From contig CAZRIY010000001.1 of the NCBI GenBank assembly GCA_964600295.1, positions 169,733-233,732 on the forward strand: a stretch of 64,000 nt of DNA, read 5' to 3'. A program made the translations under genes and the position numbers. The notes beneath the pieces are model-generated. The model saw only the letters and a list, made by a program, of their open reading frames with translations, made no database searches and was not told the DNA's origin. Shown here in pieces: positions 11,401 to 20,073 of this stretch (its first letter is position 1; the number at the start of each line of letters is the position of its first letter). The DNA is from an uncultured Candidatus Saccharibacteria bacterium. Lineage in GTDB: Bacteria > Patescibacteriota > Saccharimonadia > CAZHVB01.

Positions 11401-11506
11401 ACAAAAGGGAAAACCGGTAAATATTAAGTGCCTGTCGGGCCATGATAACCATTTCCACGTTAATATCCAGGAGAAGTATGCCTTGCCTGGTTCATGGACA
11501 CCTTAG
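8438..11506 (+). CDS. Large T4SS-associated membrane protein with C-terminal MepA-like murein endopeptidase domain
   Basis: TM segments; C-terminal GDLN..HASHYKGIAVDID..GHDNHFHV zinc-peptidase motifs. Confidence 0.65.
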   Translation: MAKATPEEQTEKDQLDRTYRESLSQEDVESGVKQAESHANQSFYNNGGQPKGSQPFGWVGRHRKKLVTGGILGVLTGGGLIGLFSFLAPLKLDFLGKNIEQTQLDRLEYTVNGRSQRFMYHLMMAEIAGNNGGDPSNNRYFRAKGWYLSGNPLTQWYKDIRTDKFFNVMEQKYGVIFAAESGNARGHLRAITTIDMPESKVDSLRQLFKDIDTPNGIDVAKLNEFEGAVVNEFDNDRDARRMIRSFIKDDSHAWQVLKRRHLRRWAGERLGIRRWRFFEGTRDKTGKSVRTTWSKLTGNTMTGKIIGCIFSFALCPVDSNDLNDNDNKVENGNDPNTQRSVDDTETDIDDGQERAKGQLGKADERSRIQKLISRKLIILRGVNILDWLRTFIAIDDNISSRKLTKMVAISRAAEYATAYMTFVTLTDHLKEGETVTGEEVNAAMQMFQCSEFSEAYQHMMAKQNSGSKTANIGAVYAQQKQRTTKECPYYEEVTDELKVNGHGSNAAKIEKWYNDTIGPVIGEIVDAVRFLVENPVSAAILSVLDSIFNFLLQGLLVIVNFIWDESEEAIKKLLNKLGEEVISGLGGAPQCTANESGGRKVGCAIGGAAVTQEQYLASIGGMNLTDDQVNEVKQKVAFAKQQDRAATSWWHRLASTEDPNSLLARTAMRLPSNTSQLASEFSNLASSFTPTSRLTASGQALAATISDSALAVPDPDENLFGVEYKGFLNKTIEKSLPYDGKAKDKAGEQALLDAIADGRIKAEPPAGNCEDEMAAHTAQLVGDDDIKTDDDGPTMMSVCKLDTAISEAMKSFFTEEDDGGIGTSTSIDGSGETGVNGLECPDKLQENPTHPGYYKMPEAPSGEYVIYSVDARRYGSKELVCSIYTVALAYKDKYGNKSTVNVGDLNGGYPHASHYKGIAVDIDAHGQICAADHTHPTPGDGSGLCGPYNAEATVDLGKMWIDTGILQDIWWCEKPGDGSTEAIRIYGEQKGKPVNIKCLSGHDNHFHVNIQEKYALPGSWTP

Positions 11507-11507
11507 G

Positions 11508-12719
11508 ATGAATTCCAAGACACTCGTGCAGCTAGGTCTCATGACCCTATTGTTGGGCTTACCCATGAAGTTGTTGGCAATCAGTTCCCCGGATCGTCAC
11601 TCGGTTATTTACGACACTGTTTATTACGATCCCACAGACGTTAGCCAAGAATGCAGTGGCGGCACGGACCAGCTATCCGAAGATACCGTTCCCCAACCTT
11701 ACAATGATTTGTTTGAAGAGGCAGCCGCTAAGTTTAAAACCGACGTGGCCTTGTTGGCTGCCATTTTTTGGGTAGAACACCACGGCATAGGGGCAAAATG
11801 GGACCCCAAGAGTTGGCCCGATCATAAGGGGCCTTGGGCTTCGTCGACCGTTGGAGCTTCTGGACCATTTCAATTCATGCCAGATACGTGGGGTTACCCA
11901 CCGGATTATACGCCCGGTTATGCCATTGATGGTGATAAGGATGGCGATAGAGAAATCCAGGACCTTACAGATTCAGCCTATAGTGCCGCAAACTATCTTT
12001 CCGCAAATGGCGGAAAAGTTGGCGCCGAGGTAGGCAACCCTGATCTTGATGTCCCCCAAAAACCTTCATTTAGCAACGCCATTTGGCATTACAATCATGA
12101 TCCTGCCTACGTCAAAACTGTTCTTGAAGCGCGTGAAGGAATTCTAAAGGGCGGAGGCGCGTCCGCGAGCGGTAGTAGCGGAACCTGTGCCACCGGCAAC
12201 TGGATTTGGCCGATCGCTAAGAAGGACTATCTGGGACTTTCAACCTGCTGGAATACATCCCGCATTCTCAATGGCAATAAGTACCACCACGGCGGCCTTG
12301 ATATATCGGCGGGCCGCGGTGTTGATGCTTTAGCGGCTGATGGGGGTACTATTGAAGAAGTGAATCTAGATGCGAGCAATGGCAACGGTATATATGTGGT
12401 GATAAAACATGGAGGTAAGTTCTGGTCGGTTTACAAACATTTGCTCGAAGCTAAGGTTAAGAAAGGGGATCAAGTTAACCAGGGTGATGTAATTGGTGCT
12501 GTTGATAGTACTGGCACCAGTACGGGCGATCACCTTCATTTCAATATCCAAGATCGAGGTGGAGTATCGGGCTCGGTAGAGGACGGAGGCACTCTGAACC
12601 CCTTAGACTACTTGCCCGAGGATGGACGCAACCTTGAAACTGGAAATCCCGACCTTGGTAAATGTATACCGGGCGACAAGGGTCAAACTGGTAATGGCAT
12701 TCAGGTAATTAATACATAG
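11508..12719 (+). CDS. Lytic transglycosylase-like + M23 peptidase fusion
   Basis: LLAAIFWVE..GASGPFQFMPDTW..AIWHYNH (SLT-like); HGGLD, YKHL, STGDHLHF (M23); ATG at 11508 preferred as start. Confidence 0.85.
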   Translation: MNSKTLVQLGLMTLLLGLPMKLLAISSPDRHSVIYDTVYYDPTDVSQECSGGTDQLSEDTVPQPYNDLFEEAAAKFKTDVALLAAIFWVEHHGIGAKWDPKSWPDHKGPWASSTVGASGPFQFMPDTWGYPPDYTPGYAIDGDKDGDREIQDLTDSAYSAANYLSANGGKVGAEVGNPDLDVPQKPSFSNAIWHYNHDPAYVKTVLEAREGILKGGGASASGSSGTCATGNWIWPIAKKDYLGLSTCWNTSRILNGNKYHHGGLDISAGRGVDALAADGGTIEEVNLDASNGNGIYVVIKHGGKFWSVYKHLLEAKVKKGDQVNQGDVIGAVDSTGTSTGDHLHFNIQDRGGVSGSVEDGGTLNPLDYLPEDGRNLETGNPDLGKCIPGDKGQTGNGIQVINT

Positions 12720-12727
12720 GAATATAG

Positions 12728-14152
12728 ATGCAAACAAGAACCAAGTTATTTTTACTAGCCATGTCAGCCTTGATACTTCTAATTGTTGGCTGGCAGTTGT
12801 TATCCACGGGTAAGGTCGAGGTCACCACTTCTCCTGGCGTCAGCAGTTCCTTTTCGATTCGGGATGAAACCGGTAAGACTATAGAAACAAAAAAAGGTAA
12901 AAGAATTGCTGAACGTTTGCGGCCTGGTGAGTACTCGGTAACAGCAGAGCACGACAAAGGCGCCACCAAACAATCGTTCACTATCAAGGCTCGCGATACC
13001 CTCAGTTTGGTCCTGAAGCTGGAGGAATTAAAAACGCCGGTTCTAATAACTGATCGGCCAGCAGTGGATATCCAGCTGGGAAGTGGACTGTTGTTTGTTG
13101 ATCCCACACTTGATAGGCTATTTCAACTCAAAGAAGGTAGCACCATACCCCAACCCCTCTTCGACACCGTGGACGCTCAGCGCATCGAATGGCTGGGCCA
13201 AGACAGCGGTTTGATCCAAACCACCGAGCGCAATGGCTACTATTTTGATGGCTCAATGATTCGTGACATTGGGCTGGTATCCGTTGAAGAAGAGGATCAA
13301 GTGATAATTAACGCCGTAAGTGCTGACCCGGGCTCGCGAAGCTTTGTTTACAGCTCTGCCAAAGAACTATTTATTAGCCGCAATCTTGCACCGCGCCAGC
13401 ATCTGCTTACCGTTGATAAGGAAAAACCATCATTGGCGTTAAAGGGTGGTAACTTGGCATTTTTCTACTACCCTGAAGGCTTCCCCGAATACACTACGCC
13501 AGAACCAGCCTTTGTATTTGATCTGACTAGCAGCACCAAGACTGAGATTGTTTCAGATCAATTAATATTTGATATTCATTGGTCGGCCAGCGGGGATAAA
13601 TTGATTTATGACACCCCAGAAAATCTATATATATACGACTATCAAGCCAGGCGCGTAATAAACCGCATTTCAAAAAATCTAAATGTTGCCGTTCCGGTTC
13701 TGTGGCTTAATGACGCGGACTTTTTGTATGGCGACGAGGGTGGAATTTGGCGTTTCGAATTAAATAGTTCGCAGGCTATCAAACTAGCAAATGCCAGTGG
13801 TGCGAATGAGGGGTTTGATATTGCCAGACGATTAGATTCAGACGAAATTTTCTTTAGTAATGGTGATTCCGCGAGTCCGGGTATTTATAAATTACTACTC
13901 GCCGGAGATATCCCTGAAAATACGAGGATCCTAGCTAAAATCCTCCCCTCCAGTACCGTGCAGTTTGAAATTAAGTATTCGGCCCTTGCCGAACCAGCTA
14001 CTGTACTAATCCAGACCTTTGTGGATCGGCGGCCTGGCACTACCCCGGCCGAATATCTGGCCAAGGCCGCAGAATACAAAAAGGCGGCCCTGGATTTTCT
14101 TCAGAGCCACGGCGTAGACACCTCAAAGATTAGAATCCATTATCTGGAATAG
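12728..14152 (+). CDS. Membrane-anchored protein with beta-sandwich and beta-propeller (TolB-like) regions
   Basis: N-terminal TM, LRPGEYSVTAE, WSASGDKLIY propeller-like motif. Confidence 0.5.
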   Translation: MQTRTKLFLLAMSALILLIVGWQLLSTGKVEVTTSPGVSSSFSIRDETGKTIETKKGKRIAERLRPGEYSVTAEHDKGATKQSFTIKARDTLSLVLKLEELKTPVLITDRPAVDIQLGSGLLFVDPTLDRLFQLKEGSTIPQPLFDTVDAQRIEWLGQDSGLIQTTERNGYYFDGSMIRDIGLVSVEEEDQVIINAVSADPGSRSFVYSSAKELFISRNLAPRQHLLTVDKEKPSLALKGGNLAFFYYPEGFPEYTTPEPAFVFDLTSSTKTEIVSDQLIFDIHWSASGDKLIYDTPENLYIYDYQARRVINRISKNLNVAVPVLWLNDADFLYGDEGGIWRFELNSSQAIKLANASGANEGFDIARRLDSDEIFFSNGDSASPGIYKLLLAGDIPENTRILAKILPSSTVQFEIKYSALAEPATVLIQTFVDRRPGTTPAEYLAKAAEYKKAALDFLQSHGVDTSKIRIHYLE

Positions 14153-14160
14153 CGGGGCCC

Positions 14161-14196
14161 CTAGAGGGTGGTGATTTGGATATGCAGCCGGTTTAG
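14161..14196 (-). pseudogene. Orphan duplicate of the dciA 3' end
   Basis: Translates LNRLHIQITTL* versus IHRLHIQITTLE* in the intact gene; in-frame stop shortly upstream. Confidence 0.75.
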
Positions 14197-14276
14197 TTCG
14201 AGTCAAAGCGAGGACTGGTTTTGATTAAACCAATTATCACATTTTATGCGATCACGTAAATTCTGATAATTTCTAT

Positions 14277-14555
14277 CTATTCTAGTGTAGTTATCTGAAT
14301 ATGTAGTCTATGTATCGGCCGCGTAGAGGTTTGGACGCATTTGACGATTAGATCTTGCTGGCGCAGCCGCAGCTCGGAAGCTACTGCTGCGCTAGGAGTT
14401 ATAACCTTGAGTACGCCCTCATTGAGACTTTTGGCGCGGCATTGACCCGGGAATTCTTCTTCTAAAATCGATTGAATAATTTTGAGAGCATCGGCTCGTT
14501 CCAAATCGAGCTGTTGGGCCTTACGGGCTAAATAGAGTTTGGCATTCTCTAACAC
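14277..14555 (-). CDS. dciA: DciA/DUF721 family protein
   Basis: GVLKVITPSAAVASELRL motif; lies downstream of recF. Confidence 0.7.
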   Translation of the reverse strand: MLENAKLYLARKAQQLDLERADALKIIQSILEEEFPGQCRAKSLNEGVLKVITPSAAVASELRLRQQDLIVKCVQTSTRPIHRLHIQITTLE

Positions 14556-14595
14556 CCCCTCAGTATGGTAAACCCCTCAACTCGGTGCAAGCCGG

Positions 14596-15645
14596 CTAGA
14601 GTTTGATCAATTGGTGCGGCTTTGGGAGTTGCTTGGTTAACCCCCGCTGATCGGTAGTGGTAATAATGGTTTGGACTTTATCCAATTTAGCCAACAGGCG
14701 CAGCCGGCGGGTCTGATCCAGCTCGCTGAAGACATCGTCCAGCAGCAACATCGGCTGCTTGTCCGTGTGCCGTTTTAACCATTGCAATTGGGCCAGTTTA
14801 AGGGCCAGCACCAGTGTGCGCACTTCGCCGCGGCTGGCCACCACAGCCGCCGGCTTATGACCTAGCGCCACCGCCACTTCATCGCGGTGGGGACCCAAGC
14901 TGGTAGCGCCAAAACGGATATCTCGTTGCAATTTTTGGTTTAGACCTTTGAGTAGTTGCTCGCTATATTCACCCTCCCCCAGACCGGTCTGGTAGGTAAG
15001 ATGCAGGGCTGGCTTGGCACCGGCCAGCTGCCGGTAAAGGCTGGGCAGGCGGCGGTTAACGTAGGCGATAAACTTAGCACGTAAATCCACTAGCTGGGCG
15101 GCTAGCTCTACCAAGGTGACGTCCCAGGCAAATACCTGGTCTTCAATGGCCGCTCGCTGTTTTTGGCGCAACAAGTGGTTGCGCTGATTGACCACGCGGC
15201 GGTAAGCCAGCAAATTTTGCCAGTACTGGGGGTGGCTCTGGATCAAGGTTTGGTTGAGCCAGCGCCGCCGCTCTTCCGGGGCGCCGTTGATAATTTTTAG
15301 GCTGTCGGGCTCAAACAACACCACCGGCAAGCTGCCTAGATAGGCTTCGGGCTTGATGTTGGTTTGGTTAACTTTTAGCCGTTTGCGACCACCAGTCGGA
15401 TAAACCAGCTCAATTGTGGTTTTGGCGGCGGCGCCCTCTAGTCGGTACCAATCGGCCGTGTGCCGGACCAGGTCGCGGTCCCGCGCCCGCCAGGACTTGG
15501 TAGTGGCCAAAACATAAAGCGATTCCAATAGATTGGTTTTGCCGGCGCCGTTGGCTCCTACCACTAGCGTGACACCAGGCGAAAAGGTAAAGACTTGTTG
15601 GCTATAAGAGCGAAAGTTGGCCAGTTTCAGGCTATCAATCGGCAT
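14596..15645 (-). CDS. recF: DNA replication and repair protein RecF
   Basis: NFRSY, GANGAGKTN, GPHRD, SRGE, LLLDDVFSELD. Confidence 0.95.
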   Translation of the reverse strand: MPIDSLKLANFRSYSQQVFTFSPGVTLVVGANGAGKTNLLESLYVLATTKSWRARDRDLVRHTADWYRLEGAAAKTTIELVYPTGGRKRLKVNQTNIKPEAYLGSLPVVLFEPDSLKIINGAPEERRRWLNQTLIQSHPQYWQNLLAYRRVVNQRNHLLRQKQRAAIEDQVFAWDVTLVELAAQLVDLRAKFIAYVNRRLPSLYRQLAGAKPALHLTYQTGLGEGEYSEQLLKGLNQKLQRDIRFGATSLGPHRDEVAVALGHKPAAVVASRGEVRTLVLALKLAQLQWLKRHTDKQPMLLLDDVFSELDQTRRLRLLAKLDKVQTIITTTDQRGLTKQLPKPHQLIKL

Positions 15646-15662
15646 AGAACGGTGCGGCGAGC

Positions 15663-16766
15663 CTAGGAGCGCAGGGGCATAATGATGTGGAGATAGCTTT
15701 TGTCTTCGGTGGGACGTATGACTACTGGGTTAACTTTGCCGGATACAGCTAGTTTGATTTGGGGAGAATTAATCACACTGAGGGCGTCTCCCAAATAACG
15801 GTAATTCAGGGCTACTTGGGCGTCATCGCCGTTAATTTCAGCTTTGGTGTCGGAGACATTCTCGCCTACCTGAGAGGCTACCGAGCGCAGCCGTAAACTG
15901 GAGCTTTGGTTATCTACCTCAAGGGTAATGCTGCCGCCGCCGGTTTGGGCAAACAGCCCGGCCACTTTGGTTAGGTTGCCGAGTTCCGCCGTATCGACGG
16001 TGACGACCGTGGGAGAATCTTTGGGAATCAGGCTGCGGTAATCGGGAAACTGGCCGTCGATTAGCCGCGATATTAGCTCGATATTATCCAGTTTAAACAA
16101 GGCTTGGTTTTCTTCCACCACCACTTCCAGGGTTTCGCTGTCATCACCAATCATCCGCAACAGTTCTTGGATGGTGCGAGCCGGAACTATTAGGTTTATC
16201 TGGCCGGTCTGGCCTTTTTGGCGGGGAATGATTTTTTCTGCCAGGCGGTAGCTATCGGTAGCCACTATGACCAGGTTTGAACCCTCAGAGTATAGGTAAA
16301 CACCGCCCAACACCGGACGGGTGTCGTCGGTTGAGGCGGCCAGTACCACCACGCTAGCCGCGGCTTTAAAATCTTGGGCTGGCAAACTAAACAGGGCCGA
16401 TTTTTTGAGACTGGGAATTGAGGGAAATTCAGCGGCTTCAATGCCGTTAAAGGTCGATTGGTAGTGGTTGGTGGTAACTTTGAGGTTGGTTTTATCTAGT
16501 TCCAGGCTGACGGTATCGTCTGGCAGGTTACCAACAAACTCGGCTAGTAGTCTAGCCGGTACCGTGATGGCCCCAGCTTGATCAACTTTAGCCCCAATCC
16601 AATAATTAATACCGAGTTCAAGATTGGTGGTCGATAGTTTTAGACGCTTACCATCAGTAGCCACTAGAACGTGGGCCAATACCGGCAGTGTGGCCTGTGA
16701 TCCCACAATTCTACCTACCGCGCCCAGGGCTTTAGCCAAGTTGTCTTTGGTTGCGCTAACCTTCAT
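15663..16766 (-). CDS. dnaN: DNA polymerase III beta clamp
   Basis: ATDSYRLA, RLIDGQFPDY, C-terminal IMPLR. Confidence 0.97.
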   Translation of the reverse strand: MKVSATKDNLAKALGAVGRIVGSQATLPVLAHVLVATDGKRLKLSTTNLELGINYWIGAKVDQAGAITVPARLLAEFVGNLPDDTVSLELDKTNLKVTTNHYQSTFNGIEAAEFPSIPSLKKSALFSLPAQDFKAAASVVVLAASTDDTRPVLGGVYLYSEGSNLVIVATDSYRLAEKIIPRQKGQTGQINLIVPARTIQELLRMIGDDSETLEVVVEENQALFKLDNIELISRLIDGQFPDYRSLIPKDSPTVVTVDTAELGNLTKVAGLFAQTGGGSITLEVDNQSSSLRLRSVASQVGENVSDTKAEINGDDAQVALNYRYLGDALSVINSPQIKLAVSGKVNPVVIRPTEDKSYLHIIMPLRS

Positions 16767-16769
16767 AAC

Positions 16770-16990
16770 TATCTTCCCATATATATTAATTGGTGATAGT
16801 GATTAGTGTGGTGGAAAAAGCCGGCCCGATTGGTTGATTGCAGATCAACAGGAGTGGTTAAAAACCGGGGAAAAACCAAGAAAGACTGTGTAGAAAACCG
16901 GTGGTTTATCCACAACCCAGATTGATTAAATTTTTTTATCACTAGATTCTCCTTTTTTATCCCCAAATAATTCCCCGGCTCGTCCACAGC
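16770..16990. other. oriC part 2 (dnaA-dnaN intergenic region)
   Basis: Perfect DnaA box TTATCCACA 16906-16914, further near-matches, adjacent AT-rich tract 16920-16970. Confidence 0.75.
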
Positions 16991-16992
16991 TT

Positions 16993-18339
16993 CTAAACAT
17001 ACAACTTCTCCTTCAACTCGTAAACCGAACGCCGTAAGTAATGGTTATTTAACAGCGAACGCTCAACTTTTTTGACCGAATGGATAGCCGTGGTGTGATC
17101 GGACCGCCCGACCTGGCGAGCAATCTGGGGGAAGCTCAATTCGAGCTCGGTTCGCATTAGATACATCGCCACCTGCCGCGGCTCGGCGATTTGCTTGTGG
17201 CGCTTAGGGCTTATCAATTCTTCTACCGTTAGATTAAAAAACCGCGCGGTTTTTTCCAATACGATCTGGGGGTTGATGCGCCGCCCCTTAATGGCCGGGG
17301 GACTAATCATTTGTTCCACTAGCTCTAAAGACGGCACCAAACCACGCATCTCGCAATGGGCAAACAGCTTAATTAGGGCACCTTCGAGCTCGCGGATATT
17401 GGACTGAATATGGGTAGCCAGATATTCGACGACATCGGCTGGCACGGTGCGGCGGGCTTGGGCAATCTTGGCCTGCAGAATAACCATGCGGGTTTCGTAA
17501 TCGGGCGGCTGGATATCGGCCGTCATACCGCCGTCAAAACGGGAGCGCAAACGTTCCTCTAGCGTCGGGATGGCCCCGGGGGGCTTATCACTAGAGATAA
17601 TAATTTGTTTGTTGGCCTCGTGCAGTGAATTAAAGATATGGAAAAATTCTTCTTGGGCCTTCTCCTTGCCGGCAATAAACTGCATATCATCAACAATTAA
17701 GACATCGGCTGTACGGTAGCGGCTGGAGAAGGTTTTTTTGGCCAAAATTGCAGCCACAAATTCCTTAAAAAACCGCTCGCAGGTGGCGTATTCCACCTTA
17801 GCGTGGGGGTTGGTGGCCAATACCGCGCCGCCCACCGCCTGGATTAAGTGGGTTTTACCCAGTCCTACGCCGCCGTAAATAAATAAGGGATTATATTTGT
17901 TACCCGGGGCTTGGGCTACCGCTCGGGCCGCGGCATAGGCCAAATCATTGCTGGACCCTACCACAAAAGTCTCAAAACTATAGCGGGGGTTTAAACCTGA
18001 GGAATTGGGTCGAAACATACCTTGGGCGGGCGGGGGAACAGACAGCGGCTGGGGTGGGTTGGCACCCTCGATCGGCTGCACGCGGTACTCAAGGGTTTGG
18101 ACCTTAATGCCGTTGCGACGCAAAGTTTTGATAAGCAGCGGGTGGAACTTGGCTTCAAATTGGCGTTTGACAAAAATGCTGGGCACACCAATGATTACCC
18201 GGCCACCAACGCTCTCTAGCAGCGCGGTATGCTTAAACCAAGTAGTAAAGTTGGCCGAAGATACCGACACCTCGATTTCGCCCAATACTGATTGCCATAA
18301 CACACTGGTTGTCACTGTCTCACTTTGTCCCTTTTCCAT
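16993..18339 (-). CDS. dnaA: Chromosomal replication initiator DnaA
   Basis: YNPLFIYGGVGLGKTHL, DDMQF, RLRSRF, RELEGAL, DHTT; ATG at 18339 chosen because the longer ORF runs into DnaA boxes. Confidence 0.97.
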   Translation of the reverse strand: MEKGQSETVTTSVLWQSVLGEIEVSVSSANFTTWFKHTALLESVGGRVIIGVPSIFVKRQFEAKFHPLLIKTLRRNGIKVQTLEYRVQPIEGANPPQPLSVPPPAQGMFRPNSSGLNPRYSFETFVVGSSNDLAYAAARAVAQAPGNKYNPLFIYGGVGLGKTHLIQAVGGAVLATNPHAKVEYATCERFFKEFVAAILAKKTFSSRYRTADVLIVDDMQFIAGKEKAQEEFFHIFNSLHEANKQIIISSDKPPGAIPTLEERLRSRFDGGMTADIQPPDYETRMVILQAKIAQARRTVPADVVEYLATHIQSNIRELEGALIKLFAHCEMRGLVPSLELVEQMISPPAIKGRRINPQIVLEKTARFFNLTVEELISPKRHKQIAEPRQVAMYLMRTELELSFPQIARQVGRSDHTTAIHSVKKVERSLLNNHYLRRSVYELKEKLYV

Positions 18340-18359
18340 TACTATACTAGCCGCTGGGA

Positions 18360-18470
18360 CAGCTTTCCACAACCCGGCTGCCGAAAGCCCCAACAAGCGC
18401 AAATATTATCCACACCACACCCCATACTCTGTAAAACTGTGGAAAAACCCCATGCCTTAGTGGAAAAACC
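18360..18470. promoter_or_regulatory. DnaA box cluster (oriC part 1 / dnaA promoter)
   Basis: CTTTCCACA 18363, TTATCCACA 18406-18414, TGTGGAAAA 18438, AGTGGAAAA 18459. Confidence 0.8.
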
Positions 18471-18578
18471 ACTTGACGCCGCCCGTCAAAAAGCCGTCTA
18501 ATGATTGAGCTAAAAAATTAGTCAATCTTGGACTTACGACTGTAATTTAGTGCCAACTTCTTATATGGTAGATACAAT

Positions 18579-18716
18579 ATGCCCAAACGAACTTTCCAAC
18601 CCAAAACCCGCCATAAGAAGCGCGTCCACGGCTTTTTTAAACGCATGAGCACGCGGGCCGGTCGCAACCTACTGGCACGTCGCCGCAACAAAGGCCGCCA
18701 GCGTCTGTCTCACTAA
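18579..18716 (+). CDS. rpmH: 50S ribosomal protein L34 (not in ORF track)
   Basis: [45 protein letters not shown]. Confidence 0.97.
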   Translation: MPKRTFQPKTRHKKRVHGFFKRMSTRAGRNLLARRRNKGRQRLSH

Positions 18717-18720
18717 ATCG

Positions 18721-18800
18721 GTAGTTAGTAGCTAGTATCTAGTAGCTGGGGTTGGGCTTTATTACTGGCTACCGTCCGCCAGCTACTGACTGCTAAACTA
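18721..18800. repeat. Degenerate heptamer (TAGTAGC-like) repeats arranged as an inverted pair
   Basis: gtagt-tagtagc-tagtatc-tagtagc-tggg ... ctggctac..ccagctactgactgctaaacta. Confidence 0.55.
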
Positions 18801-18806
18801 AAACAT

Positions 18807-19148
18807 ATGCTGAGTCGCCGTTATCGTTTGCGCAACCGCCACGATTTTAACCGAGTCTATCGGGCCGGTAAAAGCGTCCGCAGTTCGTTGATGACGCTCA
18901 GATGCTTGGCCAATGGTTCGGCCACCAGCCGGGCCGCGGTGGTGGTTAGTACTAAGGTGGCCAAGCGGGCCACGGTACGCAACCGGCTGCGCCGTCGAAT
19001 CCACGCCCAGCTGACACAGCTATGGCCCCAGCTTGCCCCCGGCTACGACCTGATAATTAGCTTTAACCAAGATGCCAGCTCGCTGCCACCAATCGAGTTG
19101 ACCGCCCAATTAGTCGCTGGTTTGAAGCGGCTGGGCATTCTCAAGTGA
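18807..19148 (+). CDS. rnpA: Ribonuclease P protein component
   Basis: VSTKVAKRATVRNRLRR motif; synteny with rpmH. Confidence 0.95.
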   Translation: MLSRRYRLRNRHDFNRVYRAGKSVRSSLMTLRCLANGSATSRAAVVVSTKVAKRATVRNRLRRRIHAQLTQLWPQLAPGYDLIISFNQDASSLPPIELTAQLVAGLKRLGILK

Positions 19149-19200
19149 TATAGTTGCTCGCTTTGCTCGCAAGCCGGTATAATTGTGGGATTGTAATTAA

Positions 19201-19294
19201 GGCCTCACCACTCGACGCGCTCCGCTTGCTCGCGGCAAGCCACAAGAAGAGTGACTCCGAGCGAAGTCGAGAAGCCAACTGTGCGTTGGGGCCA
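19201..19294. repeat. REP-like palindromic element in the rnpA-yidC gap
   Basis: GGCCTCA..CTCGAC..GCTCG / CCGAGCGAAGTCGAG..TGGGGCC nested stems. Confidence 0.55.
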
Positions 19295-19305
19295 GAGGAA
19301 CCGCG

Positions 19306-20073
19306 ATGTTAAGAACGATTTTGGTTAACCCCTTATTTAATATCCTGCTGCTAATCTATGCCCTAATTCCAGGGCACGATTTTGGTTTGGCGGTGATTAT
19401 CCTGACCATCTTGATCCGACTGCTGCTGTGGCCGCTAGTCAAACGCCAATTGCACCACCAAAAAGCCATGAAAGAGCTGCAACCGGAAATTGCCAAGATT
19501 AAGGCCAAAACCAAGGGCGACCGCCAAAAGGAAAGCCAAATGATGGTGGAATTGTTCAAGGAAAAGGAAATTAACCCCTTTGGCTCACTGGGCTTGGCGC
19601 TGCTGCAGTTCCCAATTTTAATCGCTCTGTTTTTTGTACTGCGCCAAATTACCGATCCGGGTAGCTTCGGCCCCATCCTCTATAGCTGGGTAGAAGAACT
19701 CAAAGTCGTGGCCGATATTGTTGCCCAACCCAACAGTTTTGACCCGACCTTTTTGGGTTTGGTGCACATGGCCAAACCCAATATCGTACTGGCGCTATTG
19801 GCCGGCTTGGCCCAGTACGCCCAGGCTCGCCAGCTGATGCCGAAAAACACCACCAAAACTGGACCGCTCGCCAACTTGGGTTTTAACATGACGCTAATTT
19901 TTCCGATTCTAACCGTGGCCATCGCCGCCCAATTACCCTCGGCCCTAGCCCTCTACTGGGCTGCCAGCTCGGCCGTGGCGGTTATCCAGCAGCAGCTGGT
20001 GCTGTCCGATGAAGTTGGTTTCATGCGCAAGTTAACCCCCGCTAGGTTTAAGAACGATGATGCCGGCCAATGA
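19306..20073 (+). CDS. yidC: Membrane protein insertase YidC
   Basis: FGLAVIILTILIRLLLWPL, MKELQPEI, QFPILIALF, LPSALALYW. Confidence 0.95.
   Translation: MLRTILVNPLFNILLLIYALIPGHDFGLAVIILTILIRLLLWPLVKRQLHHQKAMKELQPEIAKIKAKTKGDRQKESQMMVELFKEKEINPFGSLGLALLQFPILIALFFVLRQITDPGSFGPILYSWVEELKVVADIVAQPNSFDPTFLGLVHMAKPNIVLALLAGLAQYAQARQLMPKNTTKTGPLANLGFNMTLIFPILTVAIAAQLPSALALYWAASSAVAVIQQQLVLSDEVGFMRKLTPARFKNDDAGQ

Noticed and set aside
1-14152. T4SS locus as an ICE or conjugative element
   Set aside because: No relaxase, integrase or flanking att repeats are visible, and it adjoins core replication genes.
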